53,624 nucleotides of DNA from Candidatus Altiarchaeales archaeon ex4484_96 (GTDB lineage Archaea; Altiarchaeota; Altiarchaeia; IMC4; QMZM01). The position numbers and the translations under genes were made by a program. Below are positions 45,519 through 53,624 of this stretch, in pieces. Position 1 is the first letter of the stretch. Every line of letters starts with the position of its first letter. The notes below the pieces were generated by a model. It saw only the letters and a program-made list of their open reading frames with translations. It was not told the origin of the DNA and made no database searches. Where the stretch lies: contig NJDH01000001.1 in assembly GCA_002254405.1 (NCBI GenBank), positions 1 through 53,624 of the forward strand, in the 5' to 3' direction.

Positions 45519-47822
45519 CTATCCGGTTTTATTGCCGGATGTATTGTATCTCCTCCTGTTGGATAACTCCTCCAGTTTGCCCTTATTCCAGCCGGTTACA
45601 TTCTGATAGTATCCTGTTATCCTCGACCACCACTCGATGTTGGTTGAACCGCACGAAGGGCACTTATTCAACAGACTGCCTCCCGTGAAATTACATTTGC
45701 GGCAGATGGACAGGTCCTTTGTGAAGGCAAAATACTGTATCTCGGTTTTTTTCGCTATGCTTTTCGTTAACTCAAGGGTTCCCTCCGGGCTGGGGTTGGA
45801 TTCACCCAGCCACACGTGGCTCATAGCCCCCCCGGTGGTTATGGGATGGAAGGGGCTTTCTATTCCAAGCCGCTTCCAAAGGGGTATGTCGGCTGAAGGA
45901 TTCACGTGAAACGAATTCGTATAGTAGGCGGATTCCCCGACCCCATTGTGGATGACCTTGCTGCCATACCGGTTTGAGTCTATCTGGGCCATGCGCGCTC
46001 CTGATGACTCGGCTGGTGTTCTGGCTAGACAGAAGTTTAAGCCGGTTTCCTGCTTATACCTGTCTGTTATCTCCCTCATCCTTCTAAATACCTTTAATGC
46101 AAACCGGTGGCCCTCTGGCTCGTGAATCTCTTCTCCAGTGAAGGCCTTCGTCATCTCATTTGCTCCAATCATCCCGATGTTATATTTCTGTCTGGTTGGC
46201 TCAAGATATCTTCTGCCGTTAACCTCCTGCGATAAAAACGGGAGCAGGCCGTTTTTCAGCTCTTTTTCTATTAAATCCTTTTTCAAAAGCAGTATCTGTT
46301 TTGTTTTCCCCATTCGATCCTCAAGTATCTCAAAGAAGCTGGTTTCATCTGTTGCCTCATAGGATATCTGCGGCAGGTTTATTGAGATAACCTGCATGCC
46401 GCCGTTTCTTAGACCGCCAAGCTCTAGGTCACCCTCTGCCAGATCATAGTCCAAGTGCATGAGATATGCACAACACTGGTATGCAGAGAGCTTGGGCATG
46501 TGTGGTTGTTTGAGTATGTAGTAGGGTGTCCCGTATTTGGCAGCTAATCGGGAGATATCCATTAGTATCTCCTCGTTCTCGGATTTGTTTATTTTATCCG
46601 GTTCAATTTGTACCTCGAACTTCGGGAAAACAAAGGCTTTCCCACTGTGGTCTCCGCCCAAGTATACCTCATTTATTGCTTTTAGAAAGTCCCTGGCTTC
46701 GTCCTCGAAGTCCGAGTAGGTTGTTCTATCATTCATTCTGCCTTCGGGCAGGACGGCAGGGATGTCTGACAGGATGGAGGGGATGGAAAGATCAAAGTCT
46801 ATGGAGGAAAAGACGGTTTGACCCCCTCTTGCAACATACATCTCCGACATCTCGTAGATGAACATCTGTGCCAGCTGCTTTATTTTATCGTAACTTAATC
46901 CCTGCATGTAGGGTGCCAGGAAGGTGTTGAAGTAGCTGAATCCCTGGCCTCCGGCGCAGTTCGTTTGTGAAGCGGCTAATATCTTTGCCGCGTGTAGGAT
47001 TGCTACCTCCGGCTTTTTTGCGGGCCCGGCCACTGAGGTATGGTTTCCTACCCCATCTGCCTTAAACCCGTTCAGGAAGAAGTATCTTAGGTCATGATTT
47101 TCGCAAAATGGCCTAGTGAAGTAGTCCAGATCGTGTATGTGGATTTCTGCCTTCATATGAGAATCCGCCAGATTAACGGGCAGCAGGTTAAGTAGCGCAT
47201 ATTCCCTGCTTATCTGGTCTGCCATGAGCTTGTGCACGGATTCGGGGTTATACTGTAGGTTTGCGTTTTCGGTGGATGGGCGCTCTATCAGGTTTTTAAC
47301 ATCATATACGGGCATACCAAGTCTGGTGTACCTGGCTCTCTCTTTTTCCAATCCGTTCTCCAGCAGCTTAACGCATGTTATTTCCCTGATTAACGGGGCG
47401 GTAACGTATGAGACTCTCATCCGCTCCAATTCCAGCTCTACCTGTTTTACTATCATGTAAGCATCATTTTTGTCTAATTGTGTTTCCTTCATAAGTGACT
47501 GTATTATTTTTTTTCTATCAAAGCGCTCTAGCGTGGTCTTGGAGGTTCTGACCCGAAGTTTAGCCCTGTACTTGTATTTCTCGGCGAGCTTGGGGCTTAT
47601 TTTCCTGAGCTTCTTGTAGGTCATCAGCCGGATTTCAGCCGTGCTTATGCCGTCGTATACGTTTTCTGCTATCTCTGTGGCTACCTTGGTTGCAACAAGA
47701 GATGATGCCCCGATATTTCTGAGGCCGCATATTATCTCCTCGACATCAAAGTCTTCCTTAGAATCGTCCGGGTGGATGACCTTCATGTTGACTTTTTCGT
47801 TTAGATAGGCTATTTCCATCAT
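45519..47822 (-). CDS. nrdD: Anaerobic ribonucleoside-triphosphate reductase (class III), paralog 2
   Basis: WSRITGYYQNV, CRKCNF...CPSCGS and ATP-cone repeats. 767 aa. Collinear with paralog 1. Confidence 0.9.
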   Translation of the reverse strand: MMEIAYLNEKVNMKVIHPDDSKEDFDVEEIICGLRNIGASSLVATKVATEIAENVYDGISTAEIRLMTYKKLRKISPKLAEKYKYRAKLRVRTSKTTLERFDRKKIIQSLMKETQLDKNDAYMIVKQVELELERMRVSYVTAPLIREITCVKLLENGLEKERARYTRLGMPVYDVKNLIERPSTENANLQYNPESVHKLMADQISREYALLNLLPVNLADSHMKAEIHIHDLDYFTRPFCENHDLRYFFLNGFKADGVGNHTSVAGPAKKPEVAILHAAKILAASQTNCAGGQGFSYFNTFLAPYMQGLSYDKIKQLAQMFIYEMSEMYVARGGQTVFSSIDFDLSIPSILSDIPAVLPEGRMNDRTTYSDFEDEARDFLKAINEVYLGGDHSGKAFVFPKFEVQIEPDKINKSENEEILMDISRLAAKYGTPYYILKQPHMPKLSAYQCCAYLMHLDYDLAEGDLELGGLRNGGMQVISINLPQISYEATDETSFFEILEDRMGKTKQILLLKKDLIEKELKNGLLPFLSQEVNGRRYLEPTRQKYNIGMIGANEMTKAFTGEEIHEPEGHRFALKVFRRMREITDRYKQETGLNFCLARTPAESSGARMAQIDSNRYGSKVIHNGVGESAYYTNSFHVNPSADIPLWKRLGIESPFHPITTGGAMSHVWLGESNPSPEGTLELTKSIAKKTEIQYFAFTKDLSICRKCNFTGGSLLNKCPSCGSTNIEWWSRITGYYQNVTGWNKGKLEELSNRRRYNTSGNKTG

Positions 47823-47842
47823 TTTCAGCAGCTATTTTTGAG

Positions 47843-47854
47843 TATAATATTATA
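47843..47854 (-). promoter_or_regulatory. Palindromic TATA-like box TATAATATTATA upstream of nrdD paralog 2
   Basis: Starts 21 nt from the ATG at 47822. Perfect 12-nt palindrome. Confidence 0.4.
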
Positions 47855-47977
47855 GTCAGATATCACTATAAAGTAAATTTTTTAAAAGGGTTTGTTTTGA
47901 TAATATTACATATGATGCGGGGCTACGCTGTCGCTTTTTATCTGTATTTAATCTTTATATTACTATAAAATAAAATA

Positions 47978-49189
47978 ATGATAAATTATCTATTTTATGC
48001 ACTAATAGGATGCCTGCTTGGAACAGTAACCGGGCTGACGCCGGGGCTTCATGTCAACACCATAGCTCTCATCGGGTTAAGCCTCTATCCACGGCTTGGA
48101 TTAACGCCGATAGAATTTGCCATCGCCATGGTAGGGATGTCCGTAACCCACACCTTCCTGGACTTCATACCCTCGATTTATCTGGGAGTCCCGGAAGAGG
48201 AAACCGCGTTGTCTGTTTTGCCCACACACCAGCTGCTTCTCGCTGGCAAGGCCATGGAGGCTACTAAATTAACAGCATACGGAAGCCTTCTTGGTTTGTT
48301 TTATTCAATCGTGTTTTTGATTCCCGCATTATACCTGATACCAGCCACCTATCAGTGCTTCAGAGAATATATCGTATATGTTCTCATAGCTGCGGTTTTG
48401 CTTTTGATATTGAGAGAGAAAAAGAAAAACAAGATAATTGCAGCGTCAGCAATATTGATTCTCTCAGGAGTTCTTGGTATGTTGATGTTCAGGCAGAAAA
48501 TACTTTCCACCACTGAAGTATTGTTTCCTGTTTTTGTGGGAATATTCGGTTTAAGCAACATAATAAACTCCCTGCAAAACAAGCAGTCACAGATGGTGCC
48601 TCAGGATAAATACATTAAAGTAGAGCTGGATAAAAATATGTTATCTTCCAGCCTGCTTGGAGCAATAGGAGGATTGCTGGTAGGAATACTGCCGGCCATG
48701 AGCCCATCCCAGGTTGGGGTTTTAATGTATGAGCTTATGGGCTCCAACATCCAGAGATTTATCATCTCTGTAAGCGCAATAAACACATCAGATGCAATAT
48801 ACTCCTTTATTTCATTATATACCATAAACAACCCACGCAGCGGGGTAGCCACCATGGTAGGTAAGGTGCTATTGATAGACTTCAACACCCTCATGCTTTT
48901 AGTTGGCGTAACGGCTTTCGTGGGGTTCATAGCAACAATCATCCATATTAGGATAGGTGAAGCGGCATTGGATTTGGTCGAGAGAATAGATTACAGGATG
49001 CTGTCTGCGCTCTCTATGCTTGTTGTTCTGGTTTTGGTCTACTCGCTTACGGGGTTTATGGGGTTATATGCCGCGTTTGTTGCAACAAGCATCGGATTGC
49101 TTCCGATACTTTCGGGGGTCTCAAGAACACACTGCATGGGAGTATTAATCATACCGACCGCGCTTTTTTTCCTGGGAATAAACATTTAG
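47978..49189 (+). CDS. TctA/DUF112-family multi-pass membrane transporter-like protein
   Basis: 403 aa with about 10 hydrophobic helices. N-terminal GTVTGLTPGLHVNT is typical of DUF112. Confidence 0.5.
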   Translation: MINYLFYALIGCLLGTVTGLTPGLHVNTIALIGLSLYPRLGLTPIEFAIAMVGMSVTHTFLDFIPSIYLGVPEEETALSVLPTHQLLLAGKAMEATKLTAYGSLLGLFYSIVFLIPALYLIPATYQCFREYIVYVLIAAVLLLILREKKKNKIIAASAILILSGVLGMLMFRQKILSTTEVLFPVFVGIFGLSNIINSLQNKQSQMVPQDKYIKVELDKNMLSSSLLGAIGGLLVGILPAMSPSQVGVLMYELMGSNIQRFIISVSAINTSDAIYSFISLYTINNPRSGVATMVGKVLLIDFNTLMLLVGVTAFVGFIATIIHIRIGEAALDLVERIDYRMLSALSMLVVLVLVYSLTGFMGLYAAFVATSIGLLPILSGVSRTHCMGVLIIPTALFFLGINI

Positions 49190-49190
49190 G

Positions 49191-50474
49191 TTAACCCGGC
49201 CTGTGCGGTGGTTTTGTAAGATGTCTTCTGGCCCTAGGTGGGACCACATAAAGACCCAATTTAGCCTTTCTTTTGGTTTTTCTTATAATAGCGACTTCTG
49301 GCCCCAGCCTTCTGCCACATTTTTTGCACTTATATCCCTTGTTTCTACCAGCTGAGCTCATGCTCTTATCACAGCATAAGGGGGATATCTTTTTTGTGTT
49401 TTCCGCCAGTTGCAGTATCTCAAGCTTCTCCAGGTTGATTGTTGTAGTATGCTTGCCTATTCCACCCGAAACCCTGATAACATCCCCTACTATGAGCTTT
49501 TTGACCTCATCCCTGAATTCCCCGGTGGGTTCGTATGCAGCGCACTCTATAGAAGAGGAATCATCTTGCAACCCGAATAGCACATGTCCGCCTTGGATGG
49601 TGGTTGGTTTTTTTGAGACAACACCCTTTACGGTTACACAATCATATGGTTTGATTTGTTTTATTTTTTTTTCTCTGAGATGCGCATCTGTTGCCTGGTT
49701 GGATACGAAAATCTGGATACGCTCTATCTCCTCTTGGATTTTTATCATATTCCATGCCCTGTTGACCTCCTGCGCGCTCTCACCTCTTATACCGCAAAAG
49801 ACAGGGTCATAGCCTTTTGGTGTTAAAAGAAGTTGCCCGGTTTGCGGGTCTATGCTGTCAAAGACCTTTGGAAACATCCGCTTGTTCATATTACGCACGG
49901 AATCAATATCTATTTTCTTTTCCAGGCCATAGTTTTTTTTCAGCCTGTAGGCGAGTAATTCAAATGTGTGGTCATCGCATAAGGTGGCCCCTATCGATGA
50001 TAAGGCCCCGATTACTCCTCTTCCGTTGTTGAATCCATATATTTCCGCCCCTATTTCATAGGCTATTTTTTCCACTTCTCTGAGGGTGACGTGCTCAGAA
50101 ACTGCTTTTTTGTAGAGATTCTCAAGCAGCATTAGTTTAGAGTAGTCTCTTACAAAGGCTATTCCCGGGTTTGTGTTTTCTTCGTCTAATCTGGCCTGTC
50201 CTGCAACAAACTTGAATACCAGCTCTCTTGCCTTATCCACCATGCCATCCGGAACCCAGAAGGCTATGGCGCCATTGCCTCTTGTCTTGTAGGGAATATT
50301 TGGGTTTAACCTGATGAGATGGGGGTAATTAACAAATTTCCGATTTTTGGGTAAAGAAGCGTCGTCTTCTGGTTCTGAATCGCCAAAGAGACCTAATTTA
50401 TCCATCATGAGGGAAGCTAGATAGGTTGTGCATCCCCCGGATAATGAATCTGTATCATCTAAGCCAACAAACAT
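49191..50474 (-). CDS. tiaS: tRNA(Ile2) 2-agmatinylcytidine synthetase TiaS
   Basis: VGLDDTDSLSGGCTTY N-terminus and C-terminal Zn ribbon YKCKKCGRRL. 427 aa. Confidence 0.8.
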   Translation of the reverse strand: MFVGLDDTDSLSGGCTTYLASLMMDKLGLFGDSEPEDDASLPKNRKFVNYPHLIRLNPNIPYKTRGNGAIAFWVPDGMVDKARELVFKFVAGQARLDEENTNPGIAFVRDYSKLMLLENLYKKAVSEHVTLREVEKIAYEIGAEIYGFNNGRGVIGALSSIGATLCDDHTFELLAYRLKKNYGLEKKIDIDSVRNMNKRMFPKVFDSIDPQTGQLLLTPKGYDPVFCGIRGESAQEVNRAWNMIKIQEEIERIQIFVSNQATDAHLREKKIKQIKPYDCVTVKGVVSKKPTTIQGGHVLFGLQDDSSSIECAAYEPTGEFRDEVKKLIVGDVIRVSGGIGKHTTTINLEKLEILQLAENTKKISPLCCDKSMSSAGRNKGYKCKKCGRRLGPEVAIIRKTKRKAKLGLYVVPPRARRHLTKPPHRPG

Positions 50475-50544
50475 TTTATTTTAACTTAAAAAATAGGCTT
50501 ATGAAGATAAATAACTTGCGTTCTATTATATACTGGTGGTTATT

Positions 50545-50829
50545 ATGCTTTCTAAAATACCGATAGATTTGGGTAAAGTAGATGAAAAGAATCTGGATAA
50601 GGAAATCCTGCGTGCCGCTATTATAGCGGAGCTTGATGCAATAAACCTCTACGAGGAGATGGCTGCTTTAACCAACGATAACGACCTGAGAAAAATACTT
50701 TTGGATGTCGCTAAAGAAGAAAAAACCCATGTCGGGGAGTTCCAGACCCTGCTGCTGGAAAGAGACCCAGAGCAGGAAACCGAGCTTGTGAAAGGTAGGG
50801 AAGAGGTTAAGGAAGGGCTTGGAGAGTAA
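50545..50829 (+). CDS. Encapsulated-ferritin (EncFtn)-like small ferritin-fold protein
   Basis: AELDAINLYEE...AKEEKTHVGEF gives Glu, Tyr (+7), Glu (+30) and His (+33) with the spacing I recall for EncFtn ferroxidase residues. ATG 50545 is preferred over GTG 50536. Confidence 0.55.
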   Translation: MLSKIPIDLGKVDEKNLDKEILRAAIIAELDAINLYEEMAALTNDNDLRKILLDVAKEEKTHVGEFQTLLLERDPEQETELVKGREEVKEGLGE

Positions 50830-51780
50830 ATGGTTTTCGTAGAGTCGGGTTATATAACACTGGGTCTTCTTGGGTTGTGGTTTGGGTCCGATATTGTCGT
50901 AGATAACGCAAGGACTATAGCCAAGAGCCTTGGGGTTTCCGAGCTCCTGATTGGGTTGAGCATCACCTCTATTGGAACATCACTTCCCGAGATATCCACT
51001 AACATCTCTGCGGGTTTCAGCACGGCAGCCGGAGTAGATGCATCCGGCATAGCCGTCGGTAACATTATCGGCAGCGAGCTAAGCCAGATAACAATAATCC
51101 TGGGTATAGCGGGTTTCATGGCTACCCTGAGCACAACCCGAAGATCACTTAGAAGAGATGGGTTTATGATGTTGTCTGCCCTCCTGTTGATGTATCTTGT
51201 CTGCTTCGATGGGTTTGTCTCCCGCGGGGAAGGTGCTTTTCTGGTGATTATATACCTGACATACCTGGCTTTTCTGTTCTTTGATGAGGGGATTGTAAGC
51301 AAGTTAAGCTCACACGAGGGGTTGGGAAGAAACTTTTTATATAAGATTATTCTGTTGTTTGTTGGTGTGGTTATCATAATCTACTCGGCTGATGTTATTG
51401 TTGAAAAGGGGGTTTTGCTGGCCGATAAATTATCTATCACGGAGTCGTTGATTGGTTTGTTCATCGGGTTTGGCACCAGCATACCGGAGCTTAGCGTAAC
51501 GGTTAAAGCTGTTACCAAGAAAGCGAACAGCCTATCCCTTGGAAATCTGATGGGAAGCAACATAACAGACCCGCTTTTATCCTTTGGCTTGGGGGCTGTG
51601 GTGGGGGGTTTTACTGTAAGCCAGAGCGTGCTGGCATATGATTTTGTTTACTGGGGGGTGGCAACAGTTATTGCTTTGTTATTGTTGTTCAATCACCTGA
51701 ACCTGAACAGAAAAGAATCGTCGGTTCTGATAGTGCTTTATTTGTTTTTCATGTACAGCAGGATTGTGTTTTTTCCCTAG
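50830..51780 (+). CDS. Ca2+/cation antiporter (CaCA, YrbG-type), intact
   Basis: Two alpha-repeats, GTSLPEISTNI/GNIIGSELSQ and GTSIPELSVTV/GNLMGSNITD. 316 aa. Confidence 0.8.
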   Translation: MVFVESGYITLGLLGLWFGSDIVVDNARTIAKSLGVSELLIGLSITSIGTSLPEISTNISAGFSTAAGVDASGIAVGNIIGSELSQITIILGIAGFMATLSTTRRSLRRDGFMMLSALLLMYLVCFDGFVSRGEGAFLVIIYLTYLAFLFFDEGIVSKLSSHEGLGRNFLYKIILLFVGVVIIIYSADVIVEKGVLLADKLSITESLIGLFIGFGTSIPELSVTVKAVTKKANSLSLGNLMGSNITDPLLSFGLGAVVGGFTVSQSVLAYDFVYWGVATVIALLLLFNHLNLNRKESSVLIVLYLFFMYSRIVFFP

Positions 51781-51784
51781 GTAA

Positions 51785-53062
51785 CTAGGATTCAAAAACA
51801 GATAAATCGTCTTTTATATGGCTTTTATCAGAGATTTCCCCCACATAATCTGTTAACATCATCTCAGCTGCTTTTTTCCTGTTTTTTGTTTGCCCCAGAA
51901 CCCACATCAGCTTAACAAGAGCTGTTTCAGGCAGCATATCAGCACAGGGTATCACCCCGCAATCAATAAGCACCCTCCCGGTAGAATACACGTTCATGTT
52001 AACGCGCCCGTTTAGTGTCTGCGAACTCATGCAGAAAAGAATGCCTGAATCGGTTCCCGCCTTAATCGAATCAAACAATCTCTCGGAGGTATGTCCCAGA
52101 CCGGTGCCCTCCAAAACAATCCCCTCATAGCCTGAATCAACAAGGTAATCAATTACCTGGGGTTTCAGTCCGGGATGATATTTTATCAAAGACACAGCCT
52201 CGTTTATTTTTGTATTAAGCTCGGGTTTGTTTACGCGGGGAGTATATTCCTGATGTAAGATTATTTCTTTCTCAGAAACACGACCCAGGGGTGCGCAGTT
52301 AACAGACTGGAAGGCGTCTCTTCTCGATGAATGCATTTTTCTCACACGAGCGGGGTTGTGTATCAGAGAGATATCATCAGATAGGTTTGCATGCATTACA
52401 ACGCAAACACCAGGGTATTTTGATTCAGCGGCTGTTTTCACGGAATGAATCAGGTTCAAAGCCGCATCGCTGCTGCCGCGGTCTGAGCTTCTCTGGGCCC
52501 CGGTTAACACTACCGGAACAGGTGTTTTCAACATGAAAGCCAGCGCCGCAGCAGTATAGCCTAAAGTATCCGTGCCGTGTGTCACAACCACACCCAAGGC
52601 CTTATCGTCTAATTCGCGAGCAACAGACTTGGCTATTGAAACCCAGTCCCCGGGTTGGATATTCTCCGAGAATTTGTTATAAAGCTGTTTACCTCTTATA
52701 TCGGCTATCGACTTAAGCTCGGGGACAGCCGATATTAACTCCTGGGCGGAAAAAGCAGAATGCACCCCACCGGTCAGGTAATCAACCCTGCTGGCTATGG
52801 TCCCCCCGGTGGCGATAACAGAAACATGGGGTTTATCCCCTTTATTCTCGCGGCCGGGTTTAGTGTGTTTTCCGGCCTTAACGCTGCCTAAATCCCTGAT
52901 GGATTTTATTTTTTTCTTCTCCAAGCCGATGTTGTATCCGTTATCAAGCTTCAAAACAATATATTTTTTATCGGCGAGAGCGGGTCTTTCAAGCAACACA
53001 CCCTGGTATTTCTTTTCAGTGGTCTTAATCTCCACACGATGAAGAGGCTTAACTTCTTTCAT
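51785..53062 (-). CDS. gatD: Glu-tRNA(Gln) amidotransferase subunit D
   Basis: Asparaginase-type IATGGTIAS and THGTDTLGYTAAAL. 425 aa, with the N-terminal GatD-specific domain. Confidence 0.85.
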   Translation of the reverse strand: MKEVKPLHRVEIKTTEKKYQGVLLERPALADKKYIVLKLDNGYNIGLEKKKIKSIRDLGSVKAGKHTKPGRENKGDKPHVSVIATGGTIASRVDYLTGGVHSAFSAQELISAVPELKSIADIRGKQLYNKFSENIQPGDWVSIAKSVARELDDKALGVVVTHGTDTLGYTAAALAFMLKTPVPVVLTGAQRSSDRGSSDAALNLIHSVKTAAESKYPGVCVVMHANLSDDISLIHNPARVRKMHSSRRDAFQSVNCAPLGRVSEKEIILHQEYTPRVNKPELNTKINEAVSLIKYHPGLKPQVIDYLVDSGYEGIVLEGTGLGHTSERLFDSIKAGTDSGILFCMSSQTLNGRVNMNVYSTGRVLIDCGVIPCADMLPETALVKLMWVLGQTKNRKKAAEMMLTDYVGEISDKSHIKDDLSVFES

Positions 53063-53114
53063 TGTTACTTATTTAACTTCAATACAAATATTATTTTCCT
53101 CATAAGTAGATAAG

Positions 53115-53294
53115 ATGGCTGAAACAAAGGATAAAGCAGGTAAAAAATGCACCAGCTGCGAGAAGGAAGTGGATGAGAGATACACAGAGTTTAAATGCCC
53201 AAAATGCGGCAAGGAGACCATAGTAAGATGTAGTTCCTGCCGCGTATTAGGTGTAAACTACACGTGTTCTGCGTGTGGTTTCACTGGACCATGA
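53115..53294 (+). CDS. 59-aa double zinc-ribbon protein (not in the ORF track)
   Basis: My translation is MAETKDKAGKKCTSCEKEVDERYTEFKCPKCGKETIVRCSSCRVLGVNYTCSACGFTGP*, with four CxxC pairs. ATGA overlap with the next gene. Confidence 0.5.
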   Translation: MAETKDKAGKKCTSCEKEVDERYTEFKCPKCGKETIVRCSSCRVLGVNYTCSACGFTGP

Positions 53295-53624
53295 TTCTGC
53301 TTAAAGTAAATCCCGCTAAACCAGATAAAAAAACAGTGCAAAAGGTTGTTGGCTGCCTGAATAAGGGCGGTGTTATAATCTACCCCACGGACACAGTATA
53401 TGGTCTGGGTTGCCGGATAGATAAGCCTGATTCCATACGAAAGATAGTTGAGATAAAGAAAAGAAAAACAGATAAACCCCTGTCTATAGCCTGCGCAGAT
53501 TTTTCTATGATAAAGCAATATGCTGTGGTTGATGAGATAAAAAAAGATTTTATTCTGGATAAAGCGGATAAGGGATACACTTTCATACTGCAGAAAAAGA
53601 ATACCGTAGATGGGCTTGTTGTGG
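53291..53624 (+). CDS. L-threonylcarbamoyladenylate synthase (Sua5/TsaC family), 3'-truncated by the window edge
   Basis: Open to the window end. MILLKVNPAKPDKKTVQKVVGCLNKGGVIIYPTDTVYGLGC contains the family-defining YPTDTVYGLG motif. Confidence 0.8.
   Translation, partial: MILLKVNPAKPDKKTVQKVVGCLNKGGVIIYPTDTVYGLGCRIDKPDSIRKIVEIKKRKTDKPLSIACADFSMIKQYAVVDEIKKDFILDKADKGYTFILQKKNTVDGLVV

Noticed and set aside
50850-51377. 175-aa minus-strand ORF.
   Set aside because: It is antisense to the intact CaCA antiporter gene, which has both alpha-repeat signatures.
53258-53586. Two minus-strand ORFs (86 and 68 aa) listed in the track.
   Set aside because: They are antisense to the open-ended Sua5/TsaC reading frame, which carries the diagnostic YPTDTVYGLG motif.
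1-53624. A window-wide look for rRNA genes, CRISPR arrays, integrases or transposases, inteins and tRNA introns.
   Set aside because: I could not identify any. The only multi-copy sequences seen are the 69-bp repeat, the tRNA-end fragments, the nrdD paralogs and the 33-bp duplication. The scan was by eye, so short or diverged elements could have been missed.

Overview
This 53.6 kb window is a densely coded archaeal chromosome fragment. Lineage markers are ribosomal proteins S15 and S3Ae, GatD, TiaS, archaeal DtdA, Pcc1, Cdc48, and AcnX/UbiD/UbiX mevalonate genes. All family calls come from reading the ORF translations and recalling family motifs. No search was run. Most of the window is housekeeping: translation and tRNA modification, amino-acid metabolism, a Cdc48 AAA ATPase, and a RecJ-like nuclease.

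Four regions stand out:
1. A decayed accessory islet at about 26.0-29.7 kb around tRNA-Leu(UAG). It holds a 69-bp direct repeat that includes the tRNA 3' end, extra tRNA 3'-end fragments, a frameshifted HNH gene, a RelE/AbrB toxin-antitoxin pair, a multiply frameshifted Ca2+/cation antiporter paralog and a NYN-domain gene.
2. An otsA-otsB-TreT-like GT4-mscS trehalose/osmostress operon at 29.7-34.4 kb.
3. A 14-gene, translationally coupled plus-strand operon at 34.4-42.7 kb. It combines an orange-protein (ORP)-like gene set (DUF134, Mrp/NBP35, two NifX-like, two MinD-ferredoxin ATPases) with three DUF5320-type small proteins, one of them missing from the ORF track. It ends in an MBL / methyltransferase / DUF89 / DUF1847 / radical-SAM tail. 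This is my best candidate for an uncharacterised system.
4. Two tandem class III ribonucleotide reductase (NrdD) paralogs with a downstream redoxin and no canonical activase. They share a homogenised 5' region, and one copy carries a perfect in-frame 33-bp tandem duplication.

I also propose three things not in the ORF track: a C/D-box sRNA in the 20.6 kb intergenic spacer, a duplicated 19-bp palindrome in front of a small wHTH-like gene, and two CDSs at the right edge (a Zn-ribbon protein and a 3'-truncated Sua5/TsaC). I found no rRNA, CRISPR array, integrase or transposase.
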